64,000 nt of DNA. Source: Octopus sinensis. Its lineage: Eukaryota. Position numbers and translations under genes: made by a program. The notes beneath the pieces are model-generated. The model made no database searches. It was not told where the DNA came from and saw nothing but the letters and a program-made list of their open reading frames with translations. Shown in pieces: positions 39,035 to 51,864 of the stretch. The stretch spans positions 38,192,001-38,256,000 of the forward strand of contig NC_043008.1 of assembly GCF_006345805.1 (NCBI RefSeq), in the 5' to 3' direction. Within the stretch, counting starts at the first letter, position 1. Every line of letters starts with the position of its first letter.

Positions 39035-41248
39035 TCTTTTATTCTTTTATTTGCTTCAGTCATATCACCCATGAAAGGATGAATGGCAAAGTCAATCTTG
39101 ACAGAATTTGAACCCAGAATATAAAGAGCTTAAAGAGCCCTCTGAATAATAAATGTTTCTAATGAAAGGTTAAACCCAGCAGTTTTGGGGGAGAAGGGTT
39201 AAGTGATACCAATAGTCCCAGCACTTGAGGGGCACTTTATTCTGTCAAGCTCAGAGAGACCAAACAGGATGTTGACCTTGCTGGGATATGAACACAGAAC
39301 ATACAGGGCCAAAAAAAAATAACATGATGATGATAACGACGGCAATGGTGATGATGATGATGATAATGATGGTGAGGATGGTAGTGGTGGTGATGTGCAC
39401 AATTGCTTCTCCCTGCTAAGCAAATGCACAACTATGACAGGGAAGCTGTAGTTACCTCAACCCACTCTGATATATGACAGGAACTCATTTTATTAACTTG
39501 TAAAGAATGAAATTAAAAAGTAGCAGAGATATAATTTTTTTAAATCTCTCATTTAATACACAACAGACTATTTTCTGCCAAACTTATCATCGTACTTGTA
39601 TTGGTTAAAGGATTGCAGCTCCAATCATAGCTGTATGCCATCACCATCTTTGGTCGTCATCTCTTGTCATTAATGAAAAACAAAATATACAGAGGCTGTG
39701 AAATTCCTTAATAGCAGTGGCTTGTCTGTAAAGTATTTATCAATTGTTAAGCAGATTTGTTAATAGTTCTTACAACAAAAAAAATAGAGAGAAAGCTTTC
39801 TATCTGAGCAAATAATAAGAAGAAATGGTTAAGGGTAACTTTCCAAAGTAGATTTCATAATGTAGAACATAACAAAAGAATAGCCTGTCAGGTGTTGGTA
39901 TATGGTCACAGAGAATGGTTTTAGATATAGAAGGTTTCACACAGGAATCAAAGGGTCTTGTGATACTTTCATTGTTAATTAACAATAAAGGGTAATGGAC
40001 AAACAACAAAAGACAGGAAATGTCTCACTAAAACTTAACTTGTAAGACAGATTCTGAAATAAGATTCTAAAGGAAATTTCTCAGCAGGTTAGCAAATATA
40101 TGAAAGAAACTCTACAGAGAAGCATTCTCAATGCTAAACTCCATTTTAAGTTGATCAAAAATCGTTGGTATCAAAGTCTAGCTGTTACTTAATGAACAGA
40201 TCTTGTGCACTGTTTTATATAAACAAACAATTAACACTCAAGTATGTTATATCTTGTTGATTTTAGAGCTTAAGCTCCCATAGGAGGTTAGTTTCGTTTC
40301 TAATTGTATGGATAATTAACTTCAATTAATTAGAATTTTTCAACTCACTACCATGATGATTATGATGGTGATGATGTTCATCATCACCATGCAGGAGGAA
40401 GAGGGTGGTAAATGGTGACAGCCATAATGCTGCTGCTGCTGCCCCTACTGCTACTAATGATGATGATGAAAATGGTAATGATGATGATGAGCCAGTGCTC
40501 AGTTTTGGATAAATAGACAGGAGCAATGTAAAAGTATGTGTCTTGCTCAAGGAAACAAAAATTCTACTCATAAGGCATCGGTCAACCTAGGGCTATAATA
40601 GACGGCACTTGCCCAAGGGGCCACACAGTGGTACTGAACCCAAAACTGCATGACTGTAGTATAAACTTCTTAAACATATACCTGTGTCCCCATTTTAAAT
40701 TAAAACATTGTTATCTCTCAGATTTAAGATTAATCTCAGAGTAAAAACCAAACCAAAAAATGAAAATACCATTGCAATTGAAATAATTTTAAAGAGAAAG
40801 CATTCAATACTTTAGCTTTCATCATGCAATGGGATGTAGCTATTTGAGCAGAGAATCACAAGAATGAAGAGCAATTCAAATAAAATGGTAAAACTGTGAA
40901 TGAAGCTGAGATACAGGATCAACTTGGTATGATTTCTATTTTTGTTTTTAATTCTAGACTTCGTCTTAGTTCCCCCCATTCTTCAATGTGCACTGAATGA
41001 TGAGAGACTACTTGTGATTGGTAGCAAGTAGATAGGAGCTCTTTCATGAGCCTGCTCCAAGACTACACCCATATCTGCCAGGTTCCTACACCAAATCCTC
41101 AACTACATTTTCGTATGCTAAGGACGTCAAAGAGCCAAGGGAAAGTCAAGGACTTAGTATTTGGACATTAACAGTATTCTACAGCCAGATGGAATTTAAT
41201 AAAAGATTTAAATTAAAAAAAAAAAAGATTTCATATTAAAAGAAAAAC

Positions 41249-42065
41249 ATAATCTTTTCTACCCTAGGCACAAGGCCCAAAATTTTTGGGGAGGGAGTCA
41301 ATCGATTAGATCGACCCCAGTATGCAACTGGTACTCAATTTATTAACCCTGTAAGGACGAAAGCAAGGTCGACCTCAGCAGAATTTGAATTCAGAACATA
41401 AAGACAGACGAAACACTGCTAAGCATTTTACCCGTCGTGCTAATGTTTCTACCAGCTTGCTGCCATAGTTTGACCAGATATTCTTTTCTACTCTAGGCAC
41501 AAGGCTCGAAATTTTGGGAGAGGGGACCAGTCGATTAGATCGACCCCATTACGTAACTGGTACTTAATTTATCGATCCTGAAAGGATGAAAGGCAAGGTT
41601 GACCTCAGCAGGATTTGAACTCAGAATATAAAGACAGACGAAATACCTATTTCTTCACTACCCACAAGGGACTAAACACAGAGAGGACAAACAAGGACAG
41701 ACAGACGGATTAAGTCGATTATATCGACACCAGTGCGTAACTGGTACTTATTTAATCGACCCCGAAAGGATGAAAGACAAAGTTGACCTCAGCGGAATTT
41801 GAACTCAGAACGTAACAGCAGACGAAATACCTATTTCTTTACTACCTACAAGGGGCTAAACACAGAGAGAACAAACAAAGACAGACAAACGGATTAAGTC
41901 GATTATATTGACCCTAGTGCGTAACTGGTACTTAATTTATCGACCTCAAAAGGTTGAAAGGCAAAGTCGAACTCGGCGGAATTTGAACTCAGAACATAAC
42001 GGCAGACAAAATACGGCTACGCATTTCGCCCAGCGTGCTAAGGTTTCTGTCAGCTCGACGCCTTA
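41249..42065 (-). mobile_element. Stack of family A SINE units (monomer plus multimer with tandem ~180-bp internal repeats)
   Basis: aaggatgaaag...gttgacctc...gaatttgaactcagaa...gacgaaata occurs four times in the same orientation. Confidence 0.9.
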
Positions 42066-42511
42066 CAGAAAAATAGATAGTAATCATGAAAGTGGAGCAA
42101 ACTGAGACTGAAATGGGTAGAAAAATAAACACTGTGTATCATACGTAAAAAGTACAATTCTGGAAACTGATGATAATTCAGATAAGAAATAATTGGAATA
42201 CGGTGACATCTGCTTTAATTTGAAAAAATTATCTGATTCAGAGAACACACCAAAATATCAAAAGGAATAATAAATTGAGAGTTGCAGCTGGCTGAAACGA
42301 TACGCTAAGTGGCTTAATGGTCAAATAGTGGCTGGGTTTTTTTTTCCTGTTATCAGGAGGTTGTTCTGTCTATGCCACTGCTGTATGTAGCAGTAATACT
42401 GCATAATTGATGAATGTTTTGTCAACAATGCAGTATTTTTGTTTTTGGTATGTGTATGAGTAAATATACATACATAAATATTTAAATACAAGCATATATA
42501 TACATACTAGT

Positions 42512-42714
42512 GCTGTCTGGCACTAGTCGCCATGATAGATCATTAGCCATTACACACATTTTTTTCTCTCCTTATTTTTTCTGTGTCCCTTTCTGTAGAA
42601 GAGCGTAGGCTCGAAACATAAAAGACTTTTTCTATTCCTGAGCGTTATACTAATACATCTGTTTGTTTTGTATACCACCTGTCTTCATCTTTTGTTCTTT
42701 TCATAAACTCTCCC
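42512..42714 (+). mobile_element. Repeat family F, copy 2
   Basis: see copy 1. Confidence 0.65.
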
Positions 42715-42800
42715 TATATATATACATACATGCAGACATATATTAATCAGCTGTAAAGTTGCGGAACTTTTTATGTAACTTTACAATTGATTAATATATA

Positions 42801-42831
<31 letters not shown>

Positions 42832-43624
42832 ATGTATGTTTATATGTGCACACACACACACACATATATACATTGCATATATACACATGAGGTGGTGCTG
42901 AAAAGTCATCATTTACAGCAGCCACGTAATGTCAAAAGAAGGTGACTCAAACACACATACCAAAACATACATATATAGACAAACATACACACATACATAG
43001 AGTAGTGTGCATGAGTGCATGCATGTATGTGCTTTTGTCTCTTTATTTTGACACCATCTAATAGTTACAAATGAACTCTTTTACTTTCTGTCAAGCAAAT
43101 CTACTCTCTAGAAGGCTTTGGTTTGTGCAAGGCTATTCTAGTAAAAGACATTTAGTCAAGGTGCCATACTGTGGGATTGAACTCAAATCCAAGTGGTTGT
43201 AAAGCAAGCTTCTTAATCACACAGTAATGCTTGCTTTTCTAAATATATATTTTTGAATGTCAAGCATGTATAATACATTCAAATCTAGATTAGTCCTCAA
43301 AACATTTAATGTAATTGCATTCATTGAACATTTAGTTTGTCTGCAATCATGTTTTCAGATAACAGCTAATAGGATTTGAAACATAAACCTAATAGATACA
43401 AAAATATTTTACTATCTGTTTTATGTAAGATATTTACAAGGATAGCCAGCCAGTTAAGCCAATAAATGGTGGCAGTGAAAAATTCTTTATTTCACCATAT
43501 ACCTCTCAACATAATTGTTGCAAGTTTGCTTTAAACAATGTGAAATTATGAACCACATACTTCTGGATAATCACAATTTGGTAATGTAATATTGAAATTG
43601 AAATAGGATTTAATGGCGCTATAT

Positions 43625-43715
43625 CTAAATTAACATCTGCAGAACATGGTAAGCTATATTCAATCCAATCAAGCAAGAATTTCGAAAATCTCTCCGATAT
43701 AAGATGATGGTGATA
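43625..43715 (-). CDS. Candidate exon (phase 2: ITIILYRRDFRNSCLIGLNIAYHVLQMLI*; the alternative phase-0 frame runs to a GTATGT donor at 43561)
   Basis: Strong ttttgtcttctttccAG acceptor; phase 2 joins the 44139-44224 exon into a continuous hydrophobic helix. Confidence 0.35.
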
Positions 43716-44138
43716 CTGGAAAGAAGACAAAAATATTATGATCATAGGAAGGAAATAGAAAGCTTATACAAAATTATTGCCTTTGTAATGTGTGTCATCT
43801 GACAGCCTTAAGGAGGGACAGCACTCATAGAATTTGATTTTAGGAGTTGTACTTTTGCAAATTAGAAGAACACATGCCACAGAAGATACTTTCAGATGGA
43901 AACATTTTCACAAGATAATCAGCTAAAAGCTGTCGGATATAGCCATCTCTGAGGGGAATTGTCAAGTAGCCAAAACTAAAAGTAGCTTTATATACATGCA
44001 TGTTAAACTAAAGAAGCCTGACCATTTTTTTAACCATTTAAAATGGCTTCATCCAAGACCCTTAATATTTTTCAGGACTTTCCAAACTGATGGAAGGGGG
44101 GATATTATCTTCAACGAGAGACCCATCTGAAAACTTAC

Positions 44139-44224
44139 AACAGAGTGAAAATCATTATAGGCATCCAAAGAACAGGTGACGTTAGTATTAAAGTGAATGA
44201 TGGATTAAGTTTGCTATTTAACAA
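44139..44224 (-). CDS. Candidate exon (LLNSKLNPSFTLILTSPVLWMPIMIFTL + tt)
   Basis: tttttgtatttcaAG acceptor and GTAAGT donor; only phase 0 is open. Confidence 0.4.
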
Positions 44225-44272
44225 CTTGAAATACAAAAATGCAGAATAAATATAACAAGGTATCCTATTTAA

Positions 44273-44492
44273 CCCTTTCATTACCAGCCCGGCTGAAATC
44301 GGCTCTAGCTCTGAGTACAAATGTCTTGTTTTCATAAGTTTTGAATTAAAATCTTCCACCAAACTTTAGTCACAATTTATGTTCCTAACACTTATTGAAT
44401 GATAACTAAGTTATTTTACTAAATTCTTTGTTAAATTTAAAGTAATTGAAAGAAACACGGAGCATCTCAAAATAAGTACAGTAATGAAAGGG
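44273..44492. mobile_element. piggyBac-like MITE (family 1), 220 bp
   Basis: TTAA|CCCTTTCATTAC ... GTAATGAAAGGG|TTAA: perfect 12-bp TIRs with a TTAA target duplication. Confidence 0.85.
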
Positions 44493-45146
44493 TTAAAGCT
44501 CTACCGAATCTGCCACTCCACTGTTTAGACTGGTATTTCGTTTTACTAACTCCAGAAAGGATAAAAGGCAGAGATGATCTTGGCAATATTTGAACCTATA
44601 CATTGAAAGCTGGAATAAACCTTGCAAGACAATTCTAACACTGCTTCCAAATTACAGCCTAATAGTTTCATCATCCACTAAAATGATTATGCACAATTCA
44701 AAACTAAAAGCAACGAAGAGAAATACAGATGAAGTTAGTGGATTAACATGATGGTACTCCAGATTTATGAACACAAATAACCTTTGCTACTTGCTCTGTA
44801 GCCTATGTTATTCACTAAAATTCCAGTTTCTATAATAATGTATTCAATATTTCCTTGTTGCTTGCTGTGCACCAATATTAATGAAATACTTGTTTTATCT
44901 CTATGTACAATATATACAAAGGAATTCATTCACATATATTGTCTTTTGTTGTTTGCTTCATGTCTATTTTTATCAATATATTTGCTTTGCCAGCATGTAC
45001 CAGTATTCATTAATACCATTGTATGATATTTCTTTTTAGTTATAGTAAAATTAACTTACTTTCCTTCCAAGTACAGTACAAAGTTACAACATATGATTTT
45101 GGACATAATCCGACTTTATGATGCATTTAAATGCACAAAAACATAC

Positions 45147-45221
45147 GGTTTCTTCTCAAAACTGCTTTAAAATCACTTCCATTCAGTGTTTCCTGAAGCG
45201 TAACAAATTTGCTTATTGTCT
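45147..45221 (-). CDS. Possible exon (xTISKFVTLQETLNGSDFKAVLRRN)
   Basis: cattttgtAG acceptor and GTATGT donor; phase 1 to 1; neighbouring candidates at 45350-45393 and 45060-45113. Confidence 0.3.
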
Positions 45222-45624
45222 CTACAAAATGACCGAGTAAATTTAGGGTAAGTCTCATGTAGAAACATGTCTGATACACTAGCAAATGTAAATGGAAATA
45301 CCACAGTGAAAACACTTTTATAGCCTTTTGCAACAAAAGACCAGCTCACTAGCTGTGTTGCTGCAATGAATTGCACCCAAAACACTCAATAATCTGGAGG
45401 AAAATACACAGAGTTAACATAAAAATGAAATGACCTTCATATATGGGTGAGAAATTGCAAATTCTGTGCAGCTGAGTGCACTCAGTACACTCAGAAAAGT
45501 AGTTGGCATTAAGAAGAGCATCTATCCATGCCAGCCATGCCATAGATGGAAGAAACAGTGAGATATTGCTTAGAATGGCAGTGAATCAAAACAGCATTGA
45601 AAGCAGACATTGAATGATGACAGT

Positions 45625-45910
<286 letters not shown>

Positions 45911-46084
45911 CTTTTTGATCAATCAATCTATCTACTTACCTATATATACACACACACATGCACACACACACATATATATGTACATATATATATATATCCA
46001 CATATCAATTTTATTTTAAGCTGTTATTACATAAATTGCTACTATTAGTTTCACGTTATACTGATTTCCATGCAATCAAAGTTA

Positions 46085-46470
46085 CATATGAAACAATTTT
46101 GTATTTATACAACAATCACGTTATATATAAAATAACAAAAAAAAACAAAAACAAAACAAATCTTTCAATAAGCATGCTAACAATAAATCTCCATTTTTGA
46201 TGTAGTTGGAATGCCAATGCATAAGTCTATCAGATATTCACCCGCTTGTGTCTTTTTGATATATAACGTGAATAAAAATATTTGTTATTTTGCTTGTCCT
46301 CTATCAAAATGACAAATGGCAAACGTCTGATACCCTTGTACAATGCTACTTCAATTACATGAAAAAGTTTTATATTGTTATCGTGGTTATACAATGGGTT
46401 TTATAACTTATTCATTGTATAAATACAAAATTGTTTCGTTTAGTTCATTGATTGCTTTAAAATTGGTGAA
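46085..46470. mobile_element. AT-rich element with ~24-bp subterminal inverted repeats (MITE-like)
   Basis: gaaacaattttgtatttatacaa (about 46091) vs ttgtataaatacaaaattgtttc (about 46416); second copy at 47000-47240 with inverted interior. Confidence 0.5.
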
Positions 46471-46559
46471 ACACAAATCTAATATTTGTGATCTATGCAA
46501 TTTCTAATTTCAGCTTAAAATATAATTTTTGTATGTGTGTGTGTCTATCAATATACATA

Positions 46560-46821
46560 CATATCTATATAAACATACATATCTGTGTGTGAGTGTGTAT
46601 GTATATCAGCATATATATAAATATATATATTTATTCATATGTATATATATATATATGTGTGTGTGTATGTATAAACACATACATATATAAATATATTTAT
46701 AGATAAATGATATATATATATATGTATAAATTTTCATAAATATATGTGCATATACATATATATATATGTGTATATATATATATATATTTATTTATTTTTA
46801 TATATACATATATATATATAT

Positions 46822-46869
<48 letters not shown>

Positions 46870-47000
46870 GCTCATATATATATTTATATATAAATATATA
46901 TGCATATACATATATATGTGTATGTGTATGTGTGTGTATATGTATGTATATATATACATATACACACACATATACACATATATAAATACATACATATATA
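46560..47000. repeat. (TA)n/(TG)n compound microsatellite
   Basis: direct reading. Confidence 0.95.
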
Positions 47001-47251
47001 AAACTAGCAGTTGTTTACCCAACTGTAGATTTGATATGAGGTGAATAAAAAATCATTATTTTTGTTGTCATATATCAAAAAGACAAGCGAGTGAATGTCT
47101 AATAGTCTTATACAATAATATTCAAGCAACAAAGTTAATATTGTTAACATGATTACTCAAAGGGTTTTGTACCTTATTCTATACATACAGTAAATACAAA
47201 ATTGTTTCATTTACTAGTTTGATTGCCTGAAAAATCAATAAAGCATAAAAC

Positions 47252-47295
47252 TGATGATGATGATGATGATGATGATGATGGTAATGATGGGGATG

Positions 47296-47327
<32 letters not shown>

Positions 47328-47580
47328 GACGGTGATGATGATGATGGTGATGATGATGATGGTGGTGATGATGATGATGATGAGGGTGATGATGATGATG
47401 ATGATGGTGATGGTGATGATGATGATGATGGTGATGCTGGGGATGGTGATGATGGTGATGATGGTGATATTGATGATGATGATGATGATGATGGTGATGA
47501 TAATGATGATGGTGGTGATGATGGTGATGATGATGAAGATGAAGACGAAGACGATGATGATGATGATCATCATCATCATC
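47252..47580. repeat. (GAT/GGT)n microsatellite abutting (CAT)n
   Basis: direct reading; the poly-Asp, poly-Met and poly-Ile ORFs are artefacts. Confidence 0.95.
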
Positions 47581-48189
47581 GTTTTATGTCCACTTTTTCA
47601 AGCTTGCATGGGTCAGATGGAAGTTCCTGAGGCAGATTATCTCTACAGCTGGTTGCACTTACAGCCACCAACTCTTATCTATTTCCAAATGGGTTAATAC
47701 TTTTGGACATGTTTCCATGACAGATTTGTTTTAAATGGTTGCTGAGAATTTGCTTCTTGTTCTCAGCATATGTGTATCTGTATATATGAGTGCATGCCTG
47801 TGTGTATGTCTATAAGTGTATATGAGTGTGTGCCTGTATGTGTGTGTGTGTGCGTGTCTGTGTGTATTTATAAAAACCACACAAATTTCACGAGTAAATC
47901 TATGAGGCAAAACTGGAGGCAAAATATAATGAGATATGGCGTCAGACAAGCAAAAGAAAATTTCTGTAAAAGTGTAGAAATATAAAGCCCTAAAACAATA
48001 ATCAAAGAAGTATACAAAGAAGGTAAATTTGTTAAAAGAAGAAACAGGAGGGGTTGTGATGTTGACTATAGAAAAGAAAACAATTGAATGGCAAGAGTAA
48101 AGATAAAGAATATACAATATTTAATATAAGACTATTGTTTACAAATTAGGCCTGAAATACATACACACACATAAAAATAACATGCATGT

Positions 48190-48209
48190 GAGTGTATAGG
48201 TATATACAT

Positions 48210-48256
<47 letters not shown>

Positions 48257-48346
48257 CATATATATATATACATATATATACATATATATATTTATATACA
48301 TATTTATGCATATATATATATATGTACATATATATATATGTACATA

Positions 48347-48443
<97 letters not shown>

Positions 48444-48540
48444 GTATATGCATGTGTGTATATAAATATATGTATATTTATATAGATACACACATACACA
48501 TACACACATATATATATATACATACACATCTATGTATATA
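48190..48540. repeat. (TA)n compound microsatellite
   Basis: direct reading. Confidence 0.95.
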
Positions 48541-49005
48541 ACTAATCTAATAAAGTTATTCTGGAATTGAAACCATGCCATGTAGCTGCAAGGTGACATT
48601 ATTAATCTTATAAAGGAAATGTTTTTCTCTGAGTTGTCTTTGCCTCATTTTCATTTAAATTTGTTTAATTCATATTCTAGATTGACATCTGTATGCCAGC
48701 CTGTCTGAATTCTATGTTTGAATATGACATTAATTGTCATGTGTTCAGCGTTAGAGGCAGTCAATGGATTAATTAACATTTGGTGAGAAGGTGTGAGTGG
48801 TAGGAATTTATCAAGTGAGGAAATTGTGAACTAAAGTAGAAGAAAGTGGACTGAAGTAATTTTAAAGAACTATATATATCAGAATGGTCTGTATCAATAA
48901 TAATGATCAGTAAAGTAAATTATATTTATAATAATTATGATGATGATGTTGATTAATATTGATATTTTTTATTATTATTATTATTATTATTATCATTATT
49001 ATTAA

Positions 49006-49045
<40 letters not shown>

Positions 49046-49233
49046 GTTATTATTATTTTGAGTTCAATGTAACTAAGGAAACTACATTAATACAGAAATT
49101 TGTTGTCTTTGGTACAGAAAGGAGTGTTCAAAGATCCTTGATAACCTAGGAATCAAGGACATTGATTCCAAATGTAGCATACAGGTGCATACTACTATTA
49201 CTACTACTAGTAATAATAATAATAACAATAATG

Positions 49234-49297
<64 letters not shown>

Positions 49298-49301
<4 letters not shown>

Positions 49302-49475
49302 CACATATAACATACAGAAAATTGCACTACTAGGCACTGCACACATCCTACGCAGAACACTTTCCATACAATAACCATCAGAGCATCACAACAAATCACA
49401 GCACATACCCAAGGCACACAGAGCTGCGCTCGGTAGTGAAGTGAAAGCACGCTATAAAAATAAAACTACTGAATA
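49298..49475 (+). mobile_element. R4/Dong-like 3' end
   Basis: NTYNIQKIALLGTAHILRRTLSIQ* followed by a short UTR and (AAT)n. Confidence 0.85.
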
Positions 49476-49478
49476 ATG

Positions 49479-49509
<31 letters not shown>

Positions 49510-49529
49510 TAATAATAATGATGATGATG

Positions 49530-49579
<50 letters not shown>

Positions 49580-49589
49580 TATAATATAA

Positions 49590-49796
49590 TCAAGAGGAAT
49601 ACAAAGGAAATTGAAATAGAGTGCCCAGTAGAACTGTTACAAAAGGTTTGCTTCTTTGGCATAACCAGAATCAAGCAAATATTAAATAGTTGAAGAGAAC
49701 AGATAGCATGGTACCGTAGGCTACACGCAGCAAGCCTTCTTTGTATGCAAGACACCAGGTGTTACAACAAAACTTGAGATTAAAAGACTAAATAAT
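49590..49796 (+). mobile_element. R4/Dong-like 3' end, second family
   Basis: KEIEIECPVELLQKVCFFGITRIKQILNS*; UTR gcagatagcatggtaccgtagg is similar to about 21780 (-). Confidence 0.7.
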
Positions 49797-49798
49797 GC

Positions 49799-49833
<35 letters not shown>

Positions 49834-50335
49834 TCGAGTTGAAATAGTACTGGAGTTGGAAAAATGTAAGATTTTGCAGGACTCTCCTATTCAAATGGAC
49901 AAGAAATTTGGAAATAATAGACCAGATATGACAATTATAGATTAGGTAAAGCAGTGTTGTTTATTTATAGGCCCATTATGCCCATTTGACACCAGGATCA
50001 TAAAGAAAGAGGAAGAAAAACAACAACAAAAAAGTACGATCCCCTAAAATTTGAAATAGGAAGAATTTGGAGCATGCAAACAGTAAAGATCATGTCCATA
50101 ATAATTGGTGCATTGGCAACAGTAAGCAAAGATATAGACAAAAGGCTGAAGGCGATTGAAATAGAATGCTCGGTAGAGATCCTTCAGAAAGTTTGTCTCT
50201 TAGGGACAGCAAGGATTATCAGGAGAGTTCTTAGGACTTGAAAAACAGCTGAAAACTTGTGGATACCTAAGGTTGCAGGTAGTAACCCACTATTCATATA
50301 ATTTGTATCAGGAATAAGAACCTGAGCCAAACCAA
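49834..50335 (+). mobile_element. R4/Dong-like RLE endonuclease domain fragment
   Basis: KILQDSPIQMDK..NRPDMTIID...CPFD...KEEEK..KYDPLKFEIGRIW...IIIGALA...LQKVCLLGTARIIRRVLRT*: PD..D/E..K-type restriction-like endonuclease of R4/NeSL elements; one stop and one frameshift. Confidence 0.85.
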
Positions 50336-50549
50336 AATAATAACCTCTTTTCTGTAACCTCATTTCTCTGGCTCAGACCAAATATAAAATTCAATCTACA
50401 ATGTATTGTTTTCTTTTACCCATATTAATCTCTGTCTCTGTTGTGGGTCAGCAATCGTTTGATTATAACTGGGCCTGTGTTTCTGTTCTGCAGGACACCT
50501 CCAGACATGACATCCTTGCTAAAGCCCCAGCTTAATGGATGTCATTAGG

Positions 50550-50980
50550 ATTACATTTCACTTTAGATATTTCATTCATGAATGAGGCATGCGTTTAAAG
50601 GTTACCACCAACTTGAGTTATGTTGTGCCACCATCACTAGACATGTTGTCAACCAACACTTCTGAGCGGCCTTGTATTTGGTTTCCTTGTGCTGGTTGCC
50701 ACCTCCAGTATTTACCCTTACAGCAAATAAAGAAACACTCATACAGTTGGCTCGCCATTGACTCTAGGGAGTTCATTTGCCTTCAGCAGGTTTTGTTTTC
50801 CCTCCTGCAGCATGTCCAACAAAACCCACACCTTGGTGGGGTTGCCAGTTTAGTTTCTGACAGGCTGAACATTTAAGAAGGAGTACTGGATTACGTGTTA
50901 CCTTTAACACTAAGAGCGACCAGTTGGTGATCAGAATAATCTGGGACTTGTAATGTTACTAGACTGGCCCTAGTTGGATT
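50550..50980 (-). mobile_element. Possible highly decayed LINE apurinic endonuclease
   Basis: Broken motifs SLSETKL and HQGVGFV in different frames; GC-richer than its flanks. Confidence 0.3.
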
Positions 50981-51050
50981 TTCTCTTGTACCAGGAGGAC
51001 TGCATCATTCATGTTATCACAAATGTTGTATATAAAATATATATATACAT

Positions 51051-51100
<50 letters not shown>

Positions 51101-51299
51101 ATACATATATATATGTATGTATGTATGTATGTATTTTGTGTCTAGGGAGACAAAAAAATTTGTACCAACACACGAATTCCCATGAAGATCAGATACAAAA
51201 ATAAAGTATATATATAAATTATACATACAATATATGCATATATACATACACATATGTACATACCTACATATATATGTATATATATACATGCATATATGG

Positions 51300-51684
51300 A
51301 TACAGGACATCAAAAAACGTAGACACAATGAGAAAACTAAAACATAAAAACAAAAAACATAGAAAAGAAACTTTTTTTGAACAGCGACAATAAAAATAAA
51401 CAGAGAAACAAGACACGCAACATAACGAACATCCTCTTCATCAGTTGTCCCTGTTTCATCTACTCCACATTTCGATACATACATAAATGTCCGGCATTCG
51501 CCATGATAGATCGCTAGCCACTACACATTCTTTATTTTCTCTCCTTGTTTCCCTCTGTGTTCTTTTTTGTGAAAGAGCATAGGCTCGAAATGTTAAAGAC
51601 CTTTTCACTTTCCGAGCATTATACTAATACATCTGTTTGTTGTCTACACCACCTGACTTCGTCTTTAGATTTTTGTGAATTCTC

Positions 51685-51688
<4 letters not shown>
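51300..51688 (+). mobile_element. Repeat family F, copy 3 (with longer upstream segment)
   Basis: see copy 1. Confidence 0.6.
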
Positions 51689-51747
<59 letters not shown>

Positions 51748-51864
51748 CTCTTATTTCATTTCATTATTTTTCTGGCTTCTGTTTTTCTTATCTTTTATGT
51801 AAACTTCAGCACAAATTGTTCCCCTCATCTAATCCCTGTGGCTAATAAAAGAAATCATTCTAAT

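Noticed and set aside
43607-43648. Plus-strand 42-nt exon (GFNGAISKLTSAEH) with a GTAAGC donor
   Set aside because: Weak acceptor and it overlaps the better minus-strand candidate; shows the false-positive rate of exon spotting by eye
45186-45247. Plus-strand segment with cattcAG acceptor and GTAAGT donor
   Set aside because: All three frames contain stops; it could only be a non-coding exon and there is no further evidence
47223-47630. 135-aa poly-Asp/Gly ORF resembling an acidic biomineralisation protein
   Set aside because: It is a (GAT/GGT)n tract running into an RTE tail; no signal peptide, splice sites or unique domain
51438-51444. Perfect CTGATGA on the minus strand upstream of family F copy 3
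   Set aside because: No stem II or downstream GAAA, so it is not a hammerhead
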